A stretch of 37,026 nucleotides of DNA from NCBI GenBank assembly GCA_947628545.1, contig CANRAJ010000002.1, positions 1-37,026 of the forward strand, read 5' to 3'. The translations under genes were made by a program, and so were the position numbers. Below are positions 19,972 through 27,441 of the stretch, piece by piece (within the stretch, counting starts at the first letter, position 1; each line of letters starts with the position of its first letter). Source of the DNA: an uncultured Bacilli bacterium. GTDB taxonomy: Bacteria > Bacillota_I > Bacilli_A > RF39 > UBA660. Below the pieces are notes generated by a model, which did no database searches, had not been told where the DNA came from, and saw nothing but the letters and a program-made list of their open reading frames with translations.

Positions 19972-22707
19972 TCAAGCAATGGTTACTTTTCCTTTACCAG
20001 ATCCTAACAAATCTTGAATAAACTTTTGAGCGGCACTATCCTTAACTGTTATTTTAATTGATGATGAAACGTCGGTAAACATATTACCTTTGATATTAAC
20101 ATTGGTAAAAGTTGCATTACGAATATCTAATGATTCCAAAGACGTATTATTATAGAACATATGTCCCACGTTTTCAAGTAATGGGGTATTCCAAGTGCTT
20201 AAATTTAATGATTGTATATTTTGCAGATTATAAAACATATTTTGCATTGTTGTTACATTATTTGTCTTAAATCCCTCTAAACCAATTATATCCTTTAATA
20301 AAACACTATCATTAAATAAAAATCCCATATCAGTAACATTGCTAGTATCCCAGCCACTTAAATTTACTTTAGTTAAATTAACACAATTTTCAAATGTAGC
20401 AGCCATATTATCCAAACTACTCGTTTGCCATTGACTCAAATCCATTTGAGCAAATTTATTTGAACTAAATAGCCATTTTGTTGACTTAACTTTTTTAACA
20501 TTCCATTTTTCTATACCAATTATTTCGCTCAAATTCGTACATGAATAGAACATTCCTTCTAAAGTTGTCACATTGCTAGTATCCCAACCACTTAAATTTA
20601 GTGATTTAAATACTTCATTTCTACTAAATAGCCAACTCATATCAGTTATACTTGAAGTATCCCAATTACTTAAATTTAAAGTATTTAATTTTGGCAATTT
20701 TTTTAAATCACCTATCATTCCTTTTACATCAAAGTCTTCTGGAAATTTCCAATTACTTAAATCCAAATTTGCTAAATTAGAAGCGCCATTAAACATCCAA
20801 CCCATTTTTTCCACATTTGAAGTATCCCATCCGCTTAAATCCAATGTTGTAATCCCGACACCATAAAACATTTGAGTCATATCAGTTACTTTACCTGTTT
20901 CAAAATTATTTATTCCTTCTATAGATGTTAGATTTGTACAGCTATTAAACATCCAACCCATATTTTCCACATTTGAAGTATCCCATCCGCTTAAATTTAA
21001 TGTTACTATTCGTGTTTTGCTAAACATTGATAACATTGTAGTTACGTTTTCAGTTTGAAAACCTTCTATACCTTCAATTGTTGCTAAAGCAGTATCGTCA
21101 CTAAACATATAAGACATATTTGTTACACTTGAGGTATTCCAATTGGTTACATCCAAATCAGTTAAAAGAGGATCTTCATTAAACATCATTTGCATTGTTG
21201 TTACTTTATCTGTCTTAAAGTTATTTAACCCTTCAATTGTTGTCAAATTAGCACATTTATTAAACATGAAAGACATATCTGTTACACTTGAGGTATCCCA
21301 ATTGCTTAAATTAAGTGTTGATATGTTTGATTTACTGAACATTGCATACATTGTTGTTACTTTGCCCGTTTGAAAGTTATCGATACCTTCAATATTTTGT
21401 AAGCTAGAATCGCCATAAAACATATACGACATATCTGTTACACTTGAGGTATCCCAATTGCTTAAATTAAGTGCTGATATGTTTGATTTACTGAACATTG
21501 CATACATTGTTGTTACTTTGCCCGTTTGAAAGTTATCGATACCTTCAATATTTTGTAAGCTAGAATCGCCATCAAACATATACGACATATTAGTTACGCT
21601 TTCAGTATTCCAGTTACTTAAATCTAAACTTGTTAAATTAGTATCTTTAAAAAATAATGAATGCATATTAGTAACGTTAGACACGTTTAATTCACTTAAT
21701 CCATTTATTTCATGTAGTTTCATTTCGGTTTCATCTGTACCGGCAAACATACGACGCATTGTTGTTAATTCATCGGTATTTAAATTAGCCAACGTAATTG
21801 TTTCAACATTGGTCATATTGTAAAAGGCATTTTCAAAACTATTAGCCTTAATTACATCATTAGAACCAATATATAAATCATATGGTGCATTTTCATCTCC
21901 AGAATCGTTATTTTTTAACCATCCTATTATGCTATTATCTTGAAAAGTTGATAAATCCCATTCGGCTATGCTATCTGTTTTTTCCTCTATACTATTAACA
22001 AAATAAACATTTTTTATTTTATCGCGATATTTATCATTACGATAAAAAGAAGTTGTCTTATCCCCTAAAGTTAAATAATTTTCCATTCCTCTTTCATAAG
22101 CCTTTATTGAAACGCCTAGTTTAAAAGTACTACCAAAGGGAACAGTTTTATCCGTAGCACTACTAGTAATCCACAATTGTAAGGAATATTTTTTACTGCC
22201 TTGATAAGGAATTACTTCTGATACAGATTTATAGATATTTTTATGGGAACCTTTAATACCAATATCTAATTGATATATTTCTTCTTGGGTAAATTCATCA
22301 GTTTCCGTCACATTTGTTAAACTATTTAATAAGCCCGTTTTTAGAATTTCACCCTGATCATTTCTAAGTGCAAATTTAATATATTGATCTTCAATGGAAT
22401 TGTCTTTTAAAGAAGTCAAATAAATACTAGCCCCAACATATGTTTGGCAAGTAGATGAAATTGTAAATTCATAAGATGGCGTTTCTAAGCCCAATTTATC
22501 ATCCATGGGATAAGTATTAGTCATATTTATTACATTACTATCACCATCTAACAATTGAATTTTAGCACAAGTTCTTAAATCAACATTAGTTAATTCTTGA
22601 GATTCAATTCGATTTTGCATGTAAGCATAAGATGCCCCGATTACGACTAATAAGGCAATTAATACGGCAATTATAACTAAAAGCGCTTTTCGTAAATTTT
22701 GATTCAT
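19972..22707 (-). CDS. BspA-type / DUF285 leucine-rich-repeat surface protein with TasA-like N-terminal anchor
   Basis: N-terminus MNQNLRKALLVIIAVLIALLVVIGASYAYMQN. Then about 20 copies of a ~25-aa repeat with the core LS.WDTS.VT.M..MF. and alternating ...NIEGI.NF.T.KVTTM..MF. Confidence 0.85.
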   Translation of the reverse strand: MNQNLRKALLVIIAVLIALLVVIGASYAYMQNRIESQELTNVDLRTCAKIQLLDGDSNVINMTNTYPMDDKLGLETPSYEFTISSTCQTYVGASIYLTSLKDNSIEDQYIKFALRNDQGEILKTGLLNSLTNVTETDEFTQEEIYQLDIGIKGSHKNIYKSVSEVIPYQGSKKYSLQLWITSSATDKTVPFGSTFKLGVSIKAYERGMENYLTLGDKTTSFYRNDKYRDKIKNVYFVNSIEEKTDSIAEWDLSTFQDNSIIGWLKNNDSGDENAPYDLYIGSNDVIKANSFENAFYNMTNVETITLANLNTDELTTMRRMFAGTDETEMKLHEINGLSELNVSNVTNMHSLFFKDTNLTSLDLSNWNTESVTNMSYMFDGDSSLQNIEGIDNFQTGKVTTMYAMFSKSNISALNLSNWDTSSVTDMSYMFYGDSSLQNIEGIDNFQTGKVTTMYAMFSKSNISTLNLSNWDTSSVTDMSFMFNKCANLTTIEGLNNFKTDKVTTMQMMFNEDPLLTDLDVTNWNTSSVTNMSYMFSDDTALATIEGIEGFQTENVTTMLSMFSKTRIVTLNLSGWDTSNVENMGWMFNSCTNLTSIEGINNFETGKVTDMTQMFYGVGITTLDLSGWDTSNVEKMGWMFNGASNLANLDLSNWKFPEDFDVKGMIGDLKKLPKLNTLNLSNWDTSSITDMSWLFSRNEVFKSLNLSGWDTSNVTTLEGMFYSCTNLSEIIGIEKWNVKKVKSTKWLFSSNKFAQMDLSQWQTSSLDNMAATFENCVNLTKVNLSGWDTSNVTDMGFLFNDSVLLKDIIGLEGFKTNNVTTMQNMFYNLQNIQSLNLSTWNTPLLENVGHMFYNNTSLESLDIRNATFTNVNIKGNMFTDVSSSIKITVKDSAAQKFIQDLLGSGKGKVTIA
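21272..21583. repeat. near-perfect 156-bp tandem duplication inside the BspA-like gene
   Basis: Copy 1 (21272..21427) and copy 2 (21428..21583) differ at only two positions that I can see: 21318 t vs 21474 c, and 21417 a vs 21573 c. Each copy encodes 52 aa, which is two LRR units. Confidence 0.9.
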
Positions 22708-22730
22708 TTCGATGATCACCCTACATTAAA

Positions 22731-22759
22731 ATAATATCATTAAATACAATATTTTTCAA
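22731..22759 (-). promoter_or_regulatory. sigma-A-like promoter of the BspA-like gene
   Basis: Minus strand reads TTGAAA (22754..22759), a 17-nt spacer, then TATTAT (22731..22736), about 25 nt upstream of the ATG at 22707. Confidence 0.5.
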
Positions 22760-22808
22760 TTAATTTGTATTTATTTATCTTATTTTCATATATTTTAACG
22801 GTGGATCC

Positions 22809-23147
22809 ATGTATTTACGAATAAATAACGATTTAATTAAGATTAAAATTGCCAAAACTTGGCCAGAAAAAATAATTGGTTTAATAAAAGAAAAAAACAT
22901 TTATTATGGTTTATTAATTAACGAATGTAATGCTATTCACACATTTTTCATGCATGATCATATTGATGTTTTATTTTTAGATGAAAATAATATGATTTTA
23001 GCCAAATATCAAAATTTAGGTATTAACAAAATTGTTTCTATTAAAGAACCTATAAAAAAAACTAGTGTTTTAGAATTGCCCCAAAACACTAGTCAAAATT
23101 TTAAAATTGGCCAAATATTACGCTTTGAATTCAAAGATGTAATCTAA
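22809..23147 (+). CDS. DUF192 domain protein
   Basis: Small protein whose pattern ...IIGL...GLLINECNAIHTFFMHDHIDVLFLDENNMIL... resembles the DUF192 (COG1430) core (GLM...h.F.M...lDv.Fld). Confidence 0.5.
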   Translation: MYLRINNDLIKIKIAKTWPEKIIGLIKEKNIYYGLLINECNAIHTFFMHDHIDVLFLDENNMILAKYQNLGINKIVSIKEPIKKTSVLELPQNTSQNFKIGQILRFEFKDVI

Positions 23148-24389
23148 AATTTGCACTTCATCGCCCGGTTTAGCACCCAAGCGTTTAAGTTCATCATCAA
23201 CGCCCATACCTTTTAGTTTGCGGGAAAATCTTAATACGGCTTCATCTTCGTCAAAGCGCGTCATAGCAAAAAGTTTTTCAATTTCTTTACCCTTGACTAA
23301 CCAAATACCATCTTCTTTTGTAATGGTAAATGGTAAATCATTTTCGTAGGTATAAATGACTTCATCGCTGGCGGTATCTTCGTATAAATTAACTTCAGGA
23401 ATATCGGCAAGAAGATCGGCTAAAGTGGAAAGTAAGGCCTCAATGCCCGTATTATTTAAAGAACTAATCGGAATAATTAATTTATCCGGATATTGCTTTT
23501 GAAATTGTTTTAAATTGGCATCCGCTTCTTCTAAATCCATTTTATTGGCCACAATAATTTCTTTTTTGGTACTTAAATTTTGACCATATTTTTCAATTTC
23601 TTGGCGAATAGTAGCATAATCTTGAAGCGGATTGCGGCCCTCACTTGCTCCCATATCGATAACATGGGCCAATATTTTCGTTCTTTCGGCATGTTTCAAA
23701 AAGTTAATACCTAAGCCCACTCCCGTCGAGGCTCCCTCAATTAAACCTGGTAAATCGGCCATGACAAAACTGCGATGGTCTTTTAAAAACACTACCCCTA
23801 AATTTGGTGAAAGCGTCGTAAAATGATAGGCCGCAATTTTGGGTTTGGAAGCCGATATTTGGGCTAAAAGCGTACTTTTACCAACACTTGGCATCCCAAT
23901 TAAACCAACATCGGCTAAAACTTTTAGTTCTAATTTAATTAATTTTTCTTCACCAGGTTCCCCTTTTTCACTAAACTTAGGAGCGGGATTATCATGAGTA
24001 GCAAAAGCCTTATTACCCTTACCTCCCCGGCCACCACGTACAACCAAATATTCTTCGCCATCAGCAACTAAATCCGCTAAAACATGATTGGTTTCTAAAT
24101 CAGTAATGGTTGTTCCAGCTGGAATTCGAATAACTACATCTTCGGCATTAGCCCCGTATTTATTAGAACCCTTGCCATTTAAACCTTTATCACCTTTAAT
24201 TATTTTTTGATAACTTAAATCAATTAAAGTTTTTAATGATTTATCGACTTTAAAAATAATGCTTGCGCCTTTGCCCCCGTTACCGCCATCCGGTCCGCCC
24301 ATGGGCACAAATTTTTCCCGGCGAAAAGAGGTACAACCATCGCCACCTTTGCCGGCTTCAACTTTAATGATAATTTCATCGACAAACAT
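23118..24389 (-). CDS. obg: GTPase Obg
   Basis: Glycine-rich Obg fold (GKGGDGCTSFRREKFVPMGGPDGGNGGKGASI), G1 GMPSVGKST, G3 DLPGLIEGAS, G4 NKMD, and a C-terminal OCT domain. Confidence 0.95.
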   Translation of the reverse strand: MFVDEIIIKVEAGKGGDGCTSFRREKFVPMGGPDGGNGGKGASIIFKVDKSLKTLIDLSYQKIIKGDKGLNGKGSNKYGANAEDVVIRIPAGTTITDLETNHVLADLVADGEEYLVVRGGRGGKGNKAFATHDNPAPKFSEKGEPGEEKLIKLELKVLADVGLIGMPSVGKSTLLAQISASKPKIAAYHFTTLSPNLGVVFLKDHRSFVMADLPGLIEGASTGVGLGINFLKHAERTKILAHVIDMGASEGRNPLQDYATIRQEIEKYGQNLSTKKEIIVANKMDLEEADANLKQFQKQYPDKLIIPISSLNNTGIEALLSTLADLLADIPEVNLYEDTASDEVIYTYENDLPFTITKEDGIWLVKGKEIEKLFAMTRFDEDEAVLRFSRKLKGMGVDDELKRLGAKPGDEVQILDYIFEFKA

Positions 24390-24466
24390 TTAAATCACCC
24401 ACTTTTCTTAAATCACATTAATTATATAAAAGTTCTAAAAAGTTTGCAATAGATGACTAACTTACA

Positions 24467-25138
24467 TTACTTTTTGTGACGTTGCAAATACAAATATTCT
24501 TCCAGATGAATTTGTTGGTTGCAACAATCATAATCCTGCAGTTTTTGATGCATTACCATAAAAGGAATATAAAAGTGGCCATATGCCGAACCACTAGAGC
24601 GAAAACGAATAATCACGGGTTGGTTTTTTACGCCTTTAATTAGTCTAACTTTAAATTCTAGTAAAATCGCATCTAATTGTTTTCTAATCGTAACAAAAGC
24701 CGGAGGAAACAAACTATCTATATCCCCATTTTCATTTAAGATAGCATCATCACTTAACCAAGTAATTACGCCCTCACTTACTAAAGATTGATAAGCATCT
24801 GATGCTAATTCCTGTTCTTGCCACCTTTTTCTTTTGGCTAAATAACCTTGGTATTCTGTCAAAGAAGAGACATTATTTAAATCATCCGCATCAAAAAGTT
24901 GCGCTTTTACAATATCATCATATAAAGTGGCAAAGGCTTCATATAATAAATAATTGGCCTTGGTAATGGAAAAATTATAATAACCATATTCTTGATTAAT
25001 ATAGTCATATTCTGGTGCCCGAATTGACCAATAAATATCTAAATTACCTTGATAAGACATTCTAAATATTTTATTATTCTCTTTTAAGAAAATATCATAT
25101 GTATTAGTTACCCTATTTTTAACTTTTTCGACATCCAT
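24467..25138 (-). CDS. hypothetical protein (occupies the spo0B position upstream of obg)
   Basis: Long ORF with a GAGGTAGGAG RBS. It has no TM helix, no signal peptide and no motif I recognise. Confidence 0.6.
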   Translation of the reverse strand: MDVEKVKNRVTNTYDIFLKENNKIFRMSYQGNLDIYWSIRAPEYDYINQEYGYYNFSITKANYLLYEAFATLYDDIVKAQLFDADDLNNVSSLTEYQGYLAKRKRWQEQELASDAYQSLVSEGVITWLSDDAILNENGDIDSLFPPAFVTIRKQLDAILLEFKVRLIKGVKNQPVIIRFRSSGSAYGHFYIPFMVMHQKLQDYDCCNQQIHLEEYLYLQRHKK

Positions 25139-25185
25139 GTTGCACTCCTACCTCTTTATTTTACCATAAGCCCGATTTAAAGTAC

Positions 25186-25212
25186 AAAAAAAATCAACCA
25201 TTTGGTTGATTT
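25186..25212 (-). terminator. rho-independent terminator after rpmA
   Basis: Minus-strand hairpin AATCAACC...GGTTGATT overlaps the stop codon and is followed by TTTTTTTT. Confidence 0.7.
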
Positions 25213-25504
25213 AAGCAACTTCGTAAACACTTACCTTTTTGCGTGATTTGCCGCTTCTTTCATATTTGACAACACCGGCAACTTTGGCAAATAAAGTGTG
25301 ATCTTTACCCATGCCCACATTTTTACCAGGGAAAATTTTTGTTCCTCTTTGACGGTAAATAATGGCTCCCGCTTTAGCAGTTTGACCATCAGCAAGTTTT
25401 GCGCCAAGTCTTCGACCAGCGGAATCCCGACCGTTATCAGTTGAAGATTGTCCTTTTTTATGGGCAAAACGTTGAATATTTAAACTAATATATAACTTAA
25501 ACAT
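25211..25504 (-). CDS. rpmA: 50S ribosomal protein L27 (with cleavable N-terminal extension)
   Basis: [23 protein letters not shown]... is the canonical L27 sequence. It is preceded by [13 protein letters not shown], the Firmicute-type propeptide that ends in F before A(H/S)KKG. Confidence 0.95.
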   Translation of the reverse strand: MFKLYISLNIQRFAHKKGQSSTDNGRDSAGRRLGAKLADGQTAKAGAIIYRQRGTKIFPGKNVGMGKDHTLFAKVAGVVKYERSGKSRKKVSVYEVA

Positions 25505-25508
25505 AACT

Positions 25509-25808
25509 TTATCCTCCTTTTTTAATAATTTGCAAATTTTCCGGATATTGGTTTTCCAGATTTTCTAATAATCCCACCATATTATCCAATAAAATTGTTA
25601 CCACCGTGCTTCTTTTGACAATGGTTATTTTAAGTAATTTTTTGGTATCGACAAATTTAATAGCACTTTTATCAATATTAAAAATCCCATTTACTGTCGT
25701 ATAAATTATGCTAGAGACACTAGCACAAACAATATCTTTACCAATATCATCGAAGCCCGCGTGACCTTTTACACTAATTTCATTATTTTTAACATCAATT
25801 GTAATCAT
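25509..25808 (-). CDS. prp: ribosomal-processing cysteine protease Prp
   Basis: Sits between rplU and rpmA. It has the His/Cys dyad context (KGHAGF...DIVCASVSS) and is ~100 aa long. Confidence 0.85.
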   Translation of the reverse strand: MITIDVKNNEISVKGHAGFDDIGKDIVCASVSSIIYTTVNGIFNIDKSAIKFVDTKKLLKITIVKRSTVVTILLDNMVGLLENLENQYPENLQIIKKGG

Positions 25809-25810
25809 TA

Positions 25811-26110
25811 TTAACCATTAATCTTTTTAACAACTAAACAAGTATATGGTTGACGATGACCTTGAGTCTTCCGATATTTCTTTTTGGGACGATATTTGAA
25901 GACTTTAATCTTTTTACTTTTTCCTTGTTTTTCCACCGTACATACGACTGATGCACCAGCCACATAAGGATTACCAGATTTACCATCAACAAATAAAACT
26001 TTATCAAAAGTAATATCTTTACCTACTTCTGCATCTAATTTTTCAACATAAATTTTATCTTGTTCAGATACATAGTATTGTTTTCCACCTGTTTCAAATA
26101 TAGCTTTCAT
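25811..26110 (-). CDS. rplU: 50S ribosomal protein L21
   Basis: [25 protein letters not shown]... and the C-terminal [14 protein letters not shown] are typical of L21. Confidence 0.95.
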   Translation of the reverse strand: MKAIFETGGKQYYVSEQDKIYVEKLDAEVGKDITFDKVLFVDGKSGNPYVAGASVVCTVEKQGKSKKIKVFKYRPKKKYRKTQGHRQPYTCLVVKKING

Positions 26111-26200
26111 TTCATACCTCCTAATCTAAGACGCGCCGGGAAGGTAACGGAATCGTTTTGTAAACCTTTTTCGAGCGGTTTTTTGTGAAATTACTTAAAA
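26111..26200 (-). promoter_or_regulatory. putative rplU 5' leader (candidate L21 ribosomal-protein leader)
   Basis: The call rests on position (directly upstream of rplU-prp-rpmA in a Firmicute) and on a locally GC-enriched segment (CCGCTCGAAAAAGG...CCTTCCCGGCGCG) in an otherwise AT-rich spacer. I could not verify the covariance-model structure by eye. Confidence 0.35.
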
Positions 26201-26213
26201 CTACTTAAGTTTA

Positions 26214-26244
26214 TCAAAAAACATAGGAAATGTCAAACATTTCC
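26214..26244 (-). terminator. terminator- or attenuator-like hairpin upstream of the rplU leader
   Basis: Minus-strand hairpin GGAAATG-TTTGA-CATTTCC is followed by TATGTTTTTTG. Confidence 0.45.
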
Positions 26245-26284
26245 GGTTATTTTAATTATATTTTGCAAGCACAATTAAATTACT

Positions 26285-26312
26285 TAAAAAGACTAGAAAA
26301 AACTTTCTAATC
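26285..26312 (-). terminator. terminator-like hairpin in the 26111..26484 spacer
   Basis: Minus-strand hairpin GAUUAGAAA-GUUU-UUUCUAGUC: 9 bp, including one G.U pair that forms only in the minus-strand RNA. It is followed by UUUUUAAG. Confidence 0.45.
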
Positions 26313-26442
26313 TCCTTTTAAACCTATTTTTAACTGGAATAGTAAAACCGCTTTATACACCCATTTATTTACCGGTTTGGTAAAACCGCTTTTAAGAAAT
26401 AAATTTAATTTTCAAGTGTATTAATTAACTTAATACACCTTT

Positions 26443-26471
26443 ATCGTAAAACATTGTTAATTAACTGTCAA
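26443..26471 (-). promoter_or_regulatory. sigma-A-like promoter inside the spacer downstream of the paralog pair
   Basis: Minus strand reads a consensus TTGACA (26466..26471), a 17-nt spacer, then TACGAT (26443..26448). Confidence 0.4.
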
Positions 26472-26484
26472 CAAAAATATGGTT

Positions 26485-27441
26485 TTATTTTAATATTCTT
26501 CTACGAACCTTTTCACTTTCATATAAAGCACTTAAAGTTTCACTTTGATTTTCCAAAAGACATTTTTCCCGATCAATTCCCGTGACTATTTTAATTTCTT
26601 CATCACTATATTCGGGATAGGCTAAATCCATTAAATGGGCTAACCAATTAACTTTAAAATAGTCGCCTTCAAGACTTTCATTTAATTTACTAATTATATC
26701 TTGATAATGAGGATAAATTTTTTGCATTAGTTTATGCGGATCAAATATGCTATCAGACCAATATTTAGAAATCTCGTTTTTAATATCATCAAAGGTTGTT
26801 GTTACTTCAGAATAATAACCCTTAATATTAAGTCCCGCAATGGCTTTATTTTTCAAACCCACTTTGGCGCTAAAGCCCAAATGATGATCACTTGCTTTAT
26901 TACAATAACTATAGGCAATACAAGTATCTTCATTTTGCGGATATAATTGTAATTGTTCGATACCGTATTTTGTTTCTAGTTGAACATTTAACAAACTATT
27001 ATCATTAAGAGCAAAACTTATCTTTTGATAGTCTCGCATACCAGTAAGGGCTAAATCATGCTTTTCCCCTTTAATAGTAATAAAATATTCTGGTGAACCA
27101 TTATCAAGTTGGCGGGAATTTATGCTAAATGTCCCGTGTAATGAAGAATTTTCCGCATGGCTATCGGTTAAAATATCATACGTCATAACTTGAGGATTAT
27201 CTAAACTAACCTCTCCGCGCATCTTTTTATAATGGGTTTCCAAAGCAAAATAAACTTTGGAAGACACGGAATTATGCATTTTAATTATCCCCACTTTTTT
27301 ACCTAGGTAACGAATTTCAAAGACATTTCGTCCCGTATTAAACCAATCTAAGATTTGCGAGCTAAAAATAATATCCGTTTGAATATTTAAACTATTTAAA
27401 TAAACTATAATTGTTTTTAAAGCTTGTTTTAAATCATTCAT
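26485..27441 (-). CDS. hypothetical cytoplasmic protein, paralog B of a tandem pair
   Basis: Its ATG overlaps the upstream stop (TAATG at 27439..27443). It shares a C-terminal motif with paralog A: LAYPEYSDEEIKIVTGIDREK versus LTYPEFSDEEIKALFGVTRER. It has no TM helix or signal peptide. Confidence 0.65.
   Translation of the reverse strand: MNDLKQALKTIIVYLNSLNIQTDIIFSSQILDWFNTGRNVFEIRYLGKKVGIIKMHNSVSSKVYFALETHYKKMRGEVSLDNPQVMTYDILTDSHAENSSLHGTFSINSRQLDNGSPEYFITIKGEKHDLALTGMRDYQKISFALNDNSLLNVQLETKYGIEQLQLYPQNEDTCIAYSYCNKASDHHLGFSAKVGLKNKAIAGLNIKGYYSEVTTTFDDIKNEISKYWSDSIFDPHKLMQKIYPHYQDIISKLNESLEGDYFKVNWLAHLMDLAYPEYSDEEIKIVTGIDREKCLLENQSETLSALYESEKVRRRILK

Noticed and set aside
20000-21700. Highly periodic DNA repeats that could superficially suggest a CRISPR array or a satellite
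   Set aside because: The periodicity is ~75-78 nt and lies in-frame within one long ORF. It encodes the DUF285/BspA LRR units. There are no short identical repeats separated by unique spacers, and no cas genes.
23118-23147. 30-bp convergent overlap of the 3' ends of obg and the DUF192 gene
   Set aside because: The overlap is real in the sequence. It is most simply a compact-genome feature. No terminator or antisense-regulation signal can be supported from the sequence alone.
24467-25138. Possibility that the gene upstream of obg is a divergent spo0B
   Set aside because: There is no N-terminal helical hairpin with a phospho-accepting His, and no overall resemblance that I can see. Only the position matches, so I call it hypothetical.
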